Shown here: positions 24,471-37,500 of the stretch, piece by piece
Layout of the letters: each line of letters starts with the position of its first letter
How positions within the stretch are numbered: position 1 is the stretch's first letter
NCBI RefSeq assembly: GCF_964204645.1
Contig: NC_134025.1
Span: 31,104,299 to 31,168,298, forward strand
Length of the DNA stretch: 64,000 bases
Direction of reading: 5' to 3'
From: Tubulanus polymorphus
Lineage: Eukaryota > Animalia > Nemertea
The notes under the pieces: model-generated
Seen by the model: only the letters and a program-made list of their open reading frames with translations
The model's database searches: none
What the model was told of the DNA's origin: nothing
Translations under genes and position numbers: made by a program

Positions 24471-24916
24471 TATAATATCAGCCCCTTCACTCGCCATCAC
24501 CCGGGCAACAACATCAGCCCAGCACGTCTGCAGATCGGCACTTCTTGAAACTCAGTTTTCCCTTCCTCCTTCGTCGATCTGCAGGTTGCGCAGTGTTAAA
24601 TATCTGTCAACACTCCTTGAACCAGTGGGCGTGCAGTCCTTCCTTATTTTTATTTGAAAAAAAATATGAAAAAAAATAAAAACCAGCCTTGTAAATATGG
24701 ATTTTATGGAGTTTTACGGTTTATCTCCAAAAAAATTCAAAAAGATAAAAATTAAAAAAAAATTCATTATCATTTCATCAATTTATTTATTTTTTGGATG
24801 AAAGGAATTTTTATCCATCATCTCATTCATATACATTTTATATCATTTATTTATTTCTTTTTTTTGACTGTACGTCCCACTGTGTTCCACACCATTTTTG
24901 TTCCACCCCATATTCA

Positions 24917-25358
24917 TTAAGATTCATTTTGCTTCTCACGATGCTCAAGCATTTACCATCCTTGCTACTACTTCCATTACAATACCTTAATCATTAAGGT
25001 TGATTTTGCTTCTCACGATGCTGAAGCAGTTACCATCCTTGCTACTACTTCCATTACAATACCTTAATCATTAAGGTTGATTTTGCTTCTCACGATGCTG
25101 AAGCATTTACCATCCTTGCTACTACTTCCATTACAATACCTTAATCATTAAGGTTCATTTTGCTTCTCACGATGCTGAAGCAGTTACCATCCTTGCCACT
25201 ACTTCCATTGCAATACCTTAATCATTAAGGTTGATTTTGCTTCTCACGATGCTGAAGCAGTTACCATCCTTGCTACTACTTCCATTACAATACCTTAATC
25301 ATTAAGGTTCATTTTGCTTCTCACGATGCTGAAGCATTTACCATCCTTGCCACTACTT
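24917..25358. repeat. 77-bp tandem repeat, ~5.7 copies
   Basis: Unit ttaaggttgattttgcttctcacgatgctgaagcagttaccatccttgctactacttccattacaataccttaatca. Confidence 0.93.
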
Positions 25359-26304
25359 TGCAGCAATAACCATCCATACCACCTGATTGTGGCAGTAGCC
25401 TTCTTAGGAGACATCTATTCTAATGCTATGGTCGGCCGTTGTAAATCTCTTTTGGGATATTCAGGGAATCAATTCCTACAATAACTCCTATGGAGTTTGA
25501 AAAAGGTGGATTTTTCAAATCAAAAGGAACAGCTATGATTCACATGTGATTCCTTATCGAACTTTACCGGAACATGGAGAAGGAATAGCTATGTTTCACG
25601 CATAATGCATTTCCTTATGAAGCTGAAAATAACATGGAGAAGGAACAGCTATGTTTCACATAATGCGATTCCTTAGGAAACTACATTGAAACAGATTGTT
25701 CAATGTTCCATGTTGCCCCCTCCCCACAAATACTATGACGTTTATACGTCAAGTGTAAAACCATTATATCATTATTAACAAATTTGTTTTTCTAATTACA
25801 GAATTAAAGATTAATTTAATATGACGCGAAAACTTGAATGATTGAAATGTTAATATCTAATGCTCAACAACGGAGGGAAATCCTTCACATGTGATCGGAG
25901 GGATTTAAAATGTTTACTCATAAGGAAAAGGAATATATATTTATATACGTGAGATTGTCTGGATTAAAAATTGCACAAGAAAGGAAACCACAGCAAAGAC
26001 TACGGTAATCAATTTCATTACATTTCTTGGGTGTGAAAGTTCACTGGATCAGTAATCAATCCATGAATTTACGAGTTCTTAATTGAACATGCTAAAATCT
26101 GCAAAAATGCAATGATAAATCCAAATCTTTGATAAAAAAAGAATAAAATAAAGATCTTGGACTAGAGAATTAGTCGTAATCACTTCAGTGATCAGGTTTT
26201 ATTGATTGATATTGATCTCTACTTATCCTAACGACCACCAGGATGAAGATTTGATTTTAAGACTCTTGTTAGATTAATCTGCATCTCTTGTTGAAATCAA
26301 TAAG

Positions 26305-26480
26305 GCATATGAGAGAGGAGGTTCAGGGAGGTATGAGAGTTTATGGAGATATGATAGAGGAGTTTATGGAGATATGATAGAGGAGTTTATGGAGATATGA
26401 GAGAGGAGTTTAGGTAGATATGATAGAGGAGTTTAGAGAGATATGAGAGAGAGGAGTTTAGAGAGATATGATAGAGGAGA
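26305..26480. repeat. ~23-25-bp purine-rich tandem repeat (atatgatagaggagtttatggag)
   Basis: Seen directly. Confidence 0.85.
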
Positions 26481-28073
26481 TGGTCTAAAAGGAAAGTTGT
26501 TAAGTACATAACAATCGAGCAACTCAGTAATAGACACCGCTCTGATAAAGTAACTCCTGGTCCTCGATTGGGGTCTAAATTGCAGGAATTGCGTTTAGCA
26601 ATTGAAATATGGTTGATAGAGCGTGGAATTGTTTCCATGTAGGCGAGCAATGCATAAAACACACGTCAGATTAAGGCTGTTGAGAGTGAATTATCAATAG
26701 ATTTAAGAAATCGAGGATGAAGTTGTTTTCAAGAGGTCTATCATTCATATTGCAGTTAATCAGATCAGGTTCTCAGGTGCTTCCTTGGTCCCCAAAAACG
26801 GCATAAGTTGTATCAAAGTATGTGACATACCAGTAACCTACTAATTTATTACATGCTAAGAGGCTACTTGTAGTTTCTCAGCCACTTTGCAATTATTGTT
26901 GTTAAGAGGTCACAAAATCCTACCAGCATCATTAATAGATTTCTAAGACAGTTAATATTGTAATTTTTGTGGTTCCAGTTTTAGATTTTAAATTCCTAAA
27001 TTTTGAGTCCTTCAGTTTGAACTTTTCCTATTCCATTTCTTGTCAAAGATTTCATTCCCGTTCTCAAAATTATTTGCGGTTTTTGGAATACATGTCTCAT
27101 CAATGATATGATCAATTATTTTCCTGGTTTCGTTTTTACTATTGCCCAAAATCATATCTCATATGAATTATTATTACTATTATTTGATTCTTTCACTGAT
27201 TGATTACAGGTCTTGTGGGGTTTGGTTCGATATTGTGATTGATCGAGGTGATCCATCTAAAACTATTCTTGTATTAATTTTTGAAATATTCATATCTGAA
27301 AACAATTTCATTGATACTTCTAAACTAGTAATTCTAAAATAATTCTAAAAACAATTTTACACGTATCTTAAGACTATTCTAGAAACGATTTTAAATTATT
27401 TCAATTTTAATTTAACTTTTTTATCTGAATTTTAATCTATTAAAGTTACTATTTTATATCTGAATTTTAAAATACCTATGATATCTAAAAACAATTTTAT
27501 GTGAATATTATTCTATTTGTATATATTTTATCTCAAAGTAATTTTTTAAACTGTTTTAAACTGTTATATTTTATCTAAAAGTATCTTTTTATTTGTTTAA
27601 ATTTTAAAAGCTATTTCATTTCTATATATTTTAAAAACTATTTAATTTGTATATATTTTAAAACTATGTAATGTGTATATATTCTTTTAGAACAATGTTT
27701 TATTTGTATTTTGATACAAACTAAAAGATCAATTTGATGAAATATTCTATATTCGACTATCACTGTGTATATTCGAACCCCAGTGATTTCATGAGAATGG
27801 AATAACTGAAGGTCCAGGTTTTATCACCGAATACTCTTTGACACAATTACGTGGTCCACAACACAGATATAAATAGTGGTTATATAAAAGGCCCATGCTG
27901 TATATAGTGCACGCATAAAGAGCTTTTACTCGTAGTTGATATAGGCTTAGTAAATATGAAATGTGATTGAGAACTTTTTCTCATACTTTCTTTACCTTTT
28001 TTCTTATAGTTTTATTTTCAGTTTTCTACTAACAACAGAAAATGCACTCATTTTCAGTCGGTGTTTCACAATA

Positions 28074-28524
28074 ATGGAATGCAACAAATAAAAAAAAAAG
28101 TGCAAGTGTATTTTTCATATGATATTTTCAGCATCTCGACGTATGATATTGACGTAGATTATTGAAGCGTAGATTCAGAAAATCACTACTAGGTGGCGTT
28201 TCAGATTATTAGTTCAATGACATCAGATAGATATAATAATACAACCGCTTGTAGTACAAACAGTAACAACAAACTTTATTTTCCTGCACAATATACAAAT
28301 AGTAGTTAAGTCCATACTATCTTTGAATCAGAACTTCCTCTAGCCTTAATGCTAGCAGTCATGTTATTATTTTTATTGGTCTTTGAACGTAATGATAATC
28401 TATAGTATTTTTGGAAATGAAATAAATCAAAGCTAATTTGTTGTCATCATAACAAAATATGTCGCTGAAAACATCATATAAAAAATACACTCAATATTTT
28501 TTTATTTTATTTATTTCGTTCCAT
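28074..28524. mobile_element. MITE with ~60-bp imperfect terminal inverted repeats
   Basis: atggaa..aaataaaa..agtgtatttt.catatgat.ttttcagc matches the reverse complement of 28462-28524. Confidence 0.6.
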
Positions 28525-28964
28525 ACAAAACCGTACTCAGTTCCACAGTTGGATTTGGATACAAGAATTTAAATACATACAATTGCACAACTGTTGAACT
28601 GGGATTTGTTAAATTGTGAGCATGATGTTTAATATTTAATCACTAGTGTGTTTCAAGTTAGCCTTAGTTTAGATTAGTTAGTTTTTGTTAAGTCATTTTA
28701 ATAATTTTCGCTGTTTTAAATTTAATTCGTTCCAGTTGATTTAAGTCAAGTTTAGTTTAAGTTTAAGTTCGTTTAGGTCAAGTTGATCAAGTCGTAACTA
28801 TTGTTGTTAACTTAAAGTATGTATAAACCTCTGATAAACTGAGGGTCAATTTATCTTATGATAAGTTACACTCAGGTTATTAATAAATAATCCCGTTTAA
28901 GATCTCATTATTTTATGCAGTTCAGAGATTTTCACTGAATAAAATAGTAACATCTTAGAATGTG

Positions 28965-29667
28965 ATGAACTGAGGGTAAATTCATCATTGTTGAAATTAC
29001 TCTCAGGATCATCATTAAAACAACGAATGAACTGAGGGTGAATTCATCATTGTTGAAATTACTCTCAGGATCATCATTAAACAACGAATGAACTGAGGGT
29101 AAATTCATCATTGTTGAAATCACTCTCAGGATCATCATTAAACAATGAATGAACTGAGGGTAAATTCATCATTGTTGAAATCACTCTCAGGATCATCATT
29201 AAACAATGAATGAACTGAGGGTGAATTCATCATTGTTGAAATCACTCTCAGGATCATCATTAAACAATGAATGAACTGAGGGTAAATTCATCATTGTTGA
29301 AATCACTCCCTGGATCATCATAACAACAATGAATGAAATGAGGGTAAATTAATCATTGTTGAAATTACTCTCAGGATCATCATTAAAACAATGAATGAAC
29401 TGAGGGTGAATTCATCATTGTTGAAATCACTCCCTGGATCATCATTACAACAATGAATGAAATGAGGGTAAATTAATCATTGTTGAAATTACTCTCAGGA
29501 TCATCATTAAAACAATGAATGAAATGAGGGTAAATTCATCATTGTTGAAATTACTCTCAGGATCATCATTAAAACAATGAATGAACTGAAGGTAAATTCA
29601 TCATTGTTGAAATTACTCTCAGGATCATCATTAAAACAATGAATGAACTGAGGGTAAATTCATCATT
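28965..29667. repeat. 61-62-bp tandem repeat, ~11 copies
   Basis: Unit gaactgagggtaaattcatcattgttgaaattactctcaggatcatcattaaaacaatgaat. Confidence 0.95.
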
Positions 29668-31207
29668 TGTTTAAAATATTTTAGCGTTAACACCAGTTTT
29701 AATTACCCCCCGTTTTCTTGTTATTGATAATTACATCACGGGTTATAGAATAGATGATTTAAATTCTAGATGAACTTGCACTTAATTAGATTAATTAGTA
29801 ATGAATTTACTCTCAAGTTATTGAAACATAATGTTAATTTTAATTTTAAGGATCCAGGGCATGGTCTTCCTGCACCCCTTGTTTTTATCTTTTTTCACTG
29901 CTATCAAGGTTCTCGTTCACATTTCATGCAGCTTTTTCATTCAATATCAATATCATCCTCACTTGCCAGGTTTTAATTGTCGTCTGCCGAAGCTCATGCC
30001 AACATAAATCCCGGCTGCCAATTCTTCAGTGGTCTACTTCATTGCTCAAGATTCCTTGGTTAGACAGGTTACCACTGAGCGGTCACCAGTCTATGTGTTA
30101 AGTCAATGAGATGCATTGTTTTTCGCAGATTCGCTACACATCTGATTGACTAGATGTAAAGACTGGTGGCCGCTTAGCAGCAACCTGTCGACTCGAGATA
30201 TCTTGGACAATGTAAGAGACCAATGAAGGGTTTGTGACCAGAGTTTGTGTAAGCGTGAGTGCCGGTGGGCGGCAATAAAACCCTGGTGATTGAGGATGTA
30301 TCGATGTACATATCAACACTCAAAAAGCCAAACATAATAGGCGGCATTATTATTTTGAGGTGCACCTGGCCTAATATACCGCGCGGTAAAAACCACTCTT
30401 TCTGTGGTTGTGTAGTACCAGTAATTGATGATCATCGAGTGAGTGATTGGCCTGGCCCAGTTATTCCATTCCGAAATCACTTGGGTTCCGATTATGATTG
30501 ACAAATATAGAATATTTCATCAAATTGATCGACAAATTTTATCCGTACTTGTACATGTTGTAAATTTTTAAATAGCTTTTTATTTGTATATATCATATAT
30601 ATTATCTTTCTTTTTAGATTTTTTTATTGATTTTGATTTCTACTTGTAAATTATCTTTTAGATATCTCTTTAACTTTGGATTTTAATGATTATTTATACA
30701 TTTCAAATATAATCTTAAATGTTTTTGATTTTCTAAACTTCATAAAATCTATACATCAAATCGAACTATTTTAGTGCAGATTTTCATATAGATTTAATTG
30801 ATAATCAATATTTTTATTTCTATTGAATAATTTCAATATTCAAAACAACAGAATGAATGCATTTAATCTAAGTTTGATCCTGATATCACTTGTTGCATCT
30901 TTTGTTTTAACAAGATTTTAACCTATAAGTTTGGAGCATTGATATTATTTCATTGCATTAGTCCCGCCTCCTCATTTATGGCTGATGGTTGATTTCAGAT
31001 TTTCAGCTTCTGATAACATTAATATTAATTCAATGCTACGTTATGTTTTGTTGTTTTATTTCATACGAACGTTTTCAAAGATGACTTTTTGTCGAATTGA
31101 TATTTGGTATTGAAGAGGTTGAAATAATTATACAATTTTATAGAATTGTCTAAAATACTGTACCTAGTAACATATAAGTAGTATAGCTAGTGTTCCTCTA
31201 TTTTCAA

Positions 31208-31500
31208 GTTGTCCTGTGGTACGACGTGAAACTGCCTCTTTGAAACAATACGTTTTATCCATACATTTTATCAGTGATTTTTATCTATTTGTCCTGTGGT
31301 ACGACGTTAAACTGCCTCTTTTTAACAATATGTTTTATCCATACATTTTATCAGTGATTTTTATCTATTTGTCCTGTGGTACGACGTTAAACTGCCTCTT
31401 TTTAACAATATGTTTTATCGATAAATTTTATCAGTGATTTTTATCTATTTGTCCTGTGGTACGACGTTAAACTGCCTCTTTTTAACCGTTTTTACCCATA
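31208..31500. repeat. ~80-bp tandem repeat, ~3.5 copies
   Basis: Repeated ttgtcctgtggtacgacgttaaactgcctct..ttttatcagtgatttttatctat. Confidence 0.9.
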
Positions 31501-31539
31501 TGTTTTATTGTTTTTATCATATGTTTTATCATTTTTATC

Positions 31540-31832
31540 ACCCCTTCTTTTTCTACCTTTCTCTATCCTTTCCCTCTCTGTCTCTATCCTTTCCCTCTCT
31601 GTCTCTATTCTATCCCTCTCTGTCTCTATCCTTTCCCTCTCTGTCTCTTTCTCTAACCCACTAACTCTCTTCCTCTTTCTCTAACCCACTAACTCTCTCC
31701 CTCTTTCTCTAACCCACTAACTCTCTCTTCCTCTTTCTCTAACCCACTAACTCTCTCCCCTCTCTCCTTTCTTCCTCTCACCCCTCTCCTTCATCCTTCC
31801 TCCTCTCCCTCCTCTCTCTCTCCTCACTCTCC

Positions 31833-31863
<31 letters not shown>

Positions 31864-31866
31864 ATC
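31540..31866. repeat. CT-rich micro/minisatellite tract
   Basis: Seen directly. Confidence 0.9.
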
Positions 31867-32344
31867 TTGTAAATATTGTAAATTTGTAAATAGTAGTTTT
31901 TATTTCTCTTGTAAATATTGTAAATTTGTAAATAGTAGTTTTTATTTCTCTTTTTAATTTTCTGTAAATATTGTAAATTTGTAGATAGTTTGTTTTTTTC
32001 TTTTTTTCATAATTTTCATCGGATCTCACTTTATTCAATACAACAGAATGAATGCATTCAATCTTAGTTTCAAACTATTTCTTTTCACTTTTCACATACA
32101 TTCGTAGCATTGATACCATTACATTAGATAAGTCCCTCCTCATTTTGAATTGATATTTGAAAGAAGATTCTAGTTAAGCATATAGTAATAAGCATATAAC
32201 ATCGAAGACATTTTGTCACAGGCTGAAGAGCATTTTATATCATATGTCAAGAAATAAGGATTGGAGTGACGTTGCTTCCTGAGATCTCTGATCTGTTAGC
32301 TTGCAAGTGTATTTAACTATCACTTGTTTGTAAATGATTGAGTA

Positions 32345-33440
32345 AACTTTACCATTACTGGTTTGCAATATGCTTTACCATCATTGGTTGCAGTTATGAA
32401 CAAACATCTCATTGATAGTGCATACTTCCCCCTCACTGGTTGCAATTCACTCCATTGGTTGCAGCTATGAACAATCATCTCATTGATTGTACATACTTTC
32501 CCATCACTGGTTGTCACTTGATTGGTTGCAGCTACGAACAATCATCTCATTGATTGTGCATACTTTCCCCTCACTTGTTGCAGTTCTCTTGATTGGTTGC
32601 AGCTACGAACAATCATCTCATTGATTGTGCATACTTTCCCATCACTGGTTGCAATTCACTCCATTGGTTGCAGCTATGAACAATCATCTCATCGATTGTG
32701 CATACTTTCCCCTCACTGGTTGCAATTCACTCCATTGGTTGCAGCTATGAACAATCATCTCATTGATTGTACATACTTTCCCATCACTGGTTGTCACTTG
32801 ATTGGTTGCAGCTACGAACAATCATCTCATTGATTGTGCATACTTTCCCCTCACTTGTTGCAGTTCACTTGATTGGTTGCAGCTACGAACAATCATCTCA
32901 TTGATTGTGCATACTTTCCCATCACTGGTTGTCACTTGATTGGTTGTGCAGCTATGAACAATCATCTCATTGGTTGAGCTAATTTCCCCTCACTGGTTTG
33001 AAAAATAATTTCCTCTCACTGGTTGCAGTTCACTTGATTGGTTGCAGCTATGAACAATCATCTCATTGATTGTGCATACTTCCCCTCACTGGTTGCAGTT
33101 CTCTCCATTGGTTGCAGCTATGAACAATCATCTCATTGATTGAGCATACTTTCCCCTCACTGGTTTGAAAATTAATTTCCTCTCACTGGTTGCAGTTCAC
33201 TTGATTGGTTGCAGCTATGAACAATCATCTCATTGATTGTGCATACTTTCCCCTCACTGGTTGCAGTTCTCTCCATTGGTTGCAGCTATGAACAATCATC
33301 TCATTGGTTGAGCTCATTTCCCCTCACTGGTTTGAAAATTAATTTCCCCTCACTGGTCACAGTTCACTCCATTGGTTGCAGCTATGAACAATCATCTCAA
33401 TGATTGTGCATACTTCCCCTCACTGGTTTGCAGTTTTCAG
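32345..33440. repeat. 67-71-bp tandem repeat, ~14 copies, each with ATTGG
   Basis: Unit cactggttgcaattcactccattggttgcagctatgaacaatcatctcattgattgtgcatactttcccct. Confidence 0.93.
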
Positions 33441-34567
33441 CTCTGGTTTGATGATGATAAATGCTGGTTTTATCATTGGCTCTACGCGAACAGTTATCAA
33501 AATGTTTGAAGCCTTTGCCAGACGTCGTGTGGGTTCGATCTCTCTGAGAAAAAGCTAAAAGCTAAAAGGGTTTCAATTTGGAATACAGTTTGTCTCCTCC
33601 AGCAACAAACGTCCATAGTCTCGAACAAACTGATTTGCATTTGTAAAAAAGCTTTGATAGGTGTATGGCTACATTTCCTACAAGACTCCTCTCTCTCCTC
33701 TCTCATCACGAAATAAGTAAGACACAAATCTGAAGGTTACGAGTTTCAAAACACTGTGGATGAATTACTGCTAAATCAATTGGTGGTAATGAAAGTTAAG
33801 TCTTACAAAACACTGAAAGTTGGTGTCTTGAAACAATGATACATGTAATGAAACATTGATAGATGTACTGATCTTGCGGTTGTTCTACCTCCTTCCTCTG
33901 CTACGAGGTGATATATCGTGCCATTTTTATATACAATATCAAAATCATAGACAATTAAAATCTTCTGGTTGCATGGCTTCTCCTTTTGTTCTCTATAACT
34001 CCCGGTAATGGCCTTGCTATGACATCAAACGAGTATCAAATACAGAAGATACTCCTTTCTTCTCCTTTAAAAACGGCAAATACTGTTGTTTGCTACTACG
34101 GCAAATACTGTTGTTTGCTACTGCATGTTGCTCATTCCACTCTGTTCTAGGGGTGATATTGAGTTTTGGAGACTCTTCTCCTCCCCTTGCCTTCTTGAAT
34201 TGTCAAATAGATGTGACTTACAATACTGATTACTTCCTTATTTGAAAACTTGATGTTACTGATGCTTGCTATCATTCAACTCTGTTTTGGTTGTGATATT
34301 GAGTTTTAAACGTTGTGTTAGGTGTACATGCCTCCTCTCCTCTCTCTCCTCTCATCAACAATTAAATAATACACTCAATGTTTGTATACATTTAGTTTTT
34401 TGCTGTGGTTTCCTCAATAGAAAAAAGTTTGAAATTGCTCATTGAATGCAGCGCATTTCAAACTATGATAAAAGTGAAGTGAAAGTGGATCAATTACTGC
34501 TAAATCAATTGGTGGCGATGAAAGTTAAGTGTTACAAAACACTGTTGGTCAATTACTGCTAAATCAT

Positions 34568-37500
34568 CACTGATGACCTCCGTTAATACTGCTGCTGTGT
34601 GTTAATTAATACACTCTGTTTTGGAGTGATATTGAGTGCAGGAGTCTCCTCCTTCCTTCTTCAATTGTCATGTAGAAACGTGACAAACGAACAAAATTGT
34701 CAGTGTGTTACAACACTGATGACCTCCCTTAATACTGCTGCTTGCTGCTGCGTGTTAATTAATACACTCTGTTTTGGGGTGATATTGAGTGCAGGAGTCT
34801 CCTCCTTCCTTCTTCAACTGTCATGTAGAAACGTGACAAAGGAACTGAATTGTCAGTGCGTTACAACACTGATGACCTCCTTTAATACTGCTGCTTGCTG
34901 CTGGGTGTTAATTGATACACTCTGTTTTGGGGTGATATTGAGTGCAGGAGTCTCCTCCTTCCTTCTTCAACTGTCATGTAGAAACGTGACAAACAAACTG
35001 AATTGTCAGTGTGTTACAACACTGATGACCTCCTTTAATACTGCTGCTTGCTGCTGCGTGTTAATTCTTACCACCTTCCATGAACTTCTTGAATTATTAC
35101 ATTAAACATTATTATAATAGAAATTATTACATTAAACATTATAACATCAAGAATCATTCTCCTTAAATACTGCTGCTTGCTGCTGGCTCTGTTGTGGGGT
35201 GATATTGAGTTCAGGAGTCTTCTCCTTCCTTCTTCAACTGTCATGTAGAAACGTGACAAACAAACTGAATTGTCAGTGTGTTACAACACTGATGGCCTCA
35301 TTCAGTACTGCTGCTTGCTGCTGGGTGTTAATTGATACACTCTGTTTTGGAGTGATATTGAGTGCAGGAGTCTCCTCCTTCCTTCTTCAACTGTCATGTA
35401 GAAACGTGACAAACAAGCTGAATTGTCAGTGTGTTACAACACTGATGGCCTCCTTTAATACTGCTGCTTGCTGCTGCGTGTTAATTGATACACTCTGTTT
35501 TGGAGTGATATTGAGTGCAGGAGTCTCCTCCTTCCTTCTTCAACTGTCATGTAGAAACGTAACAAACAAACTGAATTGTCAGTGTGTTACAACACTGATG
35601 GCCTCCTTTAATACTGCTGCTTGCTGCTGGGTGTTAATTAATAGACTCTGTTATGGGGTGATATTGAGTTTTGGCGAGTTTTGCTTCCTGATCGTCCTTA
35701 TTGCGACTTTACGATTTAAATGTATAAATATTCAAAACAGCTATCCATCGATAGCTTTGTGGTGGTTGAATCTTTGAAATGTCGCTGGTGTTGGTACTTT
35801 GTATATAATGTATTATATATATCGGTGAATTGGGATTGATCATGTTTCCTGATCGTCCTTATTGCGACTTTACGTTTTAAATATAAAAATATTCAAAACA
35901 GCTATCCATCGATAGCTTTGTGGTAGTTGAGTCGCTGTTGTTGGTACTTTGTATATATTGTAATGGTGAAATGGGATTGATTATGTTTCCTGATCGTCCT
36001 TATTGCGACTTTACGTTTTAAATGTATAAATATTTAAAACAGCTATCCATCGATAGCTTTGTGGTGGTTGTATCATTGAAATGTCGCTGGTGTTGGTACT
36101 TTGTATATATTGTAATGGTGAAATGGGATTGATTATGTTTCCTGATCGTCCTTATTGCGACTTTACGTTTTAAATGTATTAATATTCAAAACAGCTATCC
36201 ATCGATAGCTTTATGGTGGTTGAATCATTGAAATAATGCTGGTGTTGGTTCTCTGTATATATTGTATCAGCAAATTATTATCACATTACGGATTTTAAAA
36301 GTGTTATGCTCAAAGATGCTATTGTTTGATAGCTTCACTTTGGTTCCTTGCACCTGAAGGTTGTGAACTGTCATGTAGAAACGTGACAAACAAACTGAAT
36401 TGTCAGTGTGGTACAAGACTGATGACCTCCTTTAATACTGCTGCTTGCTGCTGGGTGTTAATTGCTACACTCTGTTTTAAGGTGATATTGAGTTCAGGAG
36501 TCTCCTCCTTCCTTCTTCAACTGTCATGCAGAAACGTGACAAACGAACTGAATTGTCAGTGCGTTACAACACTGATGACCTCCTTTAATACTGCTGCTTG
36601 CTGCTGGGTGTTAATTCTTACCACCTTCCATGAACTTCTTGAGTTATTACATTAAACATTATAATAATAAAAATTATTACATTAAACATTATAACATCAA
36701 GAATCATTCTCCTTAAATACTGCTGCTTGCTGCTGGCTCTGTTTTGGGGTGATATTGAGTTCAGGAGTCTTCTCCTTCCTTCTTCAACTGTCATGTAGAA
36801 ACGTGACAAACAAACTGAATTGTCAGTGTGTTACAACACTGATGACCTCCTTTAATACTGCTGCTTGCTGCTGGGTGTTAATTCTTTTCACTTTCCATGA
36901 ACTTCTTGAGTTATTACATTAAACATTATTATAATAAAAATTATTACATTAAACATTATAACATCAAGAATCATTCTCCTTAAATACTGCTGCTTGCTGC
37001 TGGCTCTGTTTTGGGGTGATATTGAGTTCAGGAGTCTTCTCCTTCCTTCTTCAACTGTCATGTAGAAACGTGACAAACAAACTGAATTGTCAGTGTGTTA
37101 CAACACTGATGGCCTCCTTTAATACTGCTGCTTGCTGCTGCGTGTTAATTAATACACTCTGTATTGGGGTGATATTGAGTGCAGGAGTCTCCTCCTTCCT
37201 TCTTCAACTGTCATGTAGAACCGTGACAAACAAACTGAATTGTCAGTGCGTTACAACACTGATGACCTCCTTTAATACTGCTGCTTGCTGCTTGCGTGTT
37301 AATTCTTACCACCTTCCATGAACTTCTTGAATTATTACATTAAACATTATTATAATAAAAATTATCACATTAAACATTATAACATCAAGAATCATTCTCC
37401 TTAAATACTGCTGCTTGCTGCCGGCTCTGTTTTGGGGTGATATTGAGTTCAGGAGTCTCCTCCTTCCTTCTTCAACTAACATGTAGAAACGTGACAAACA

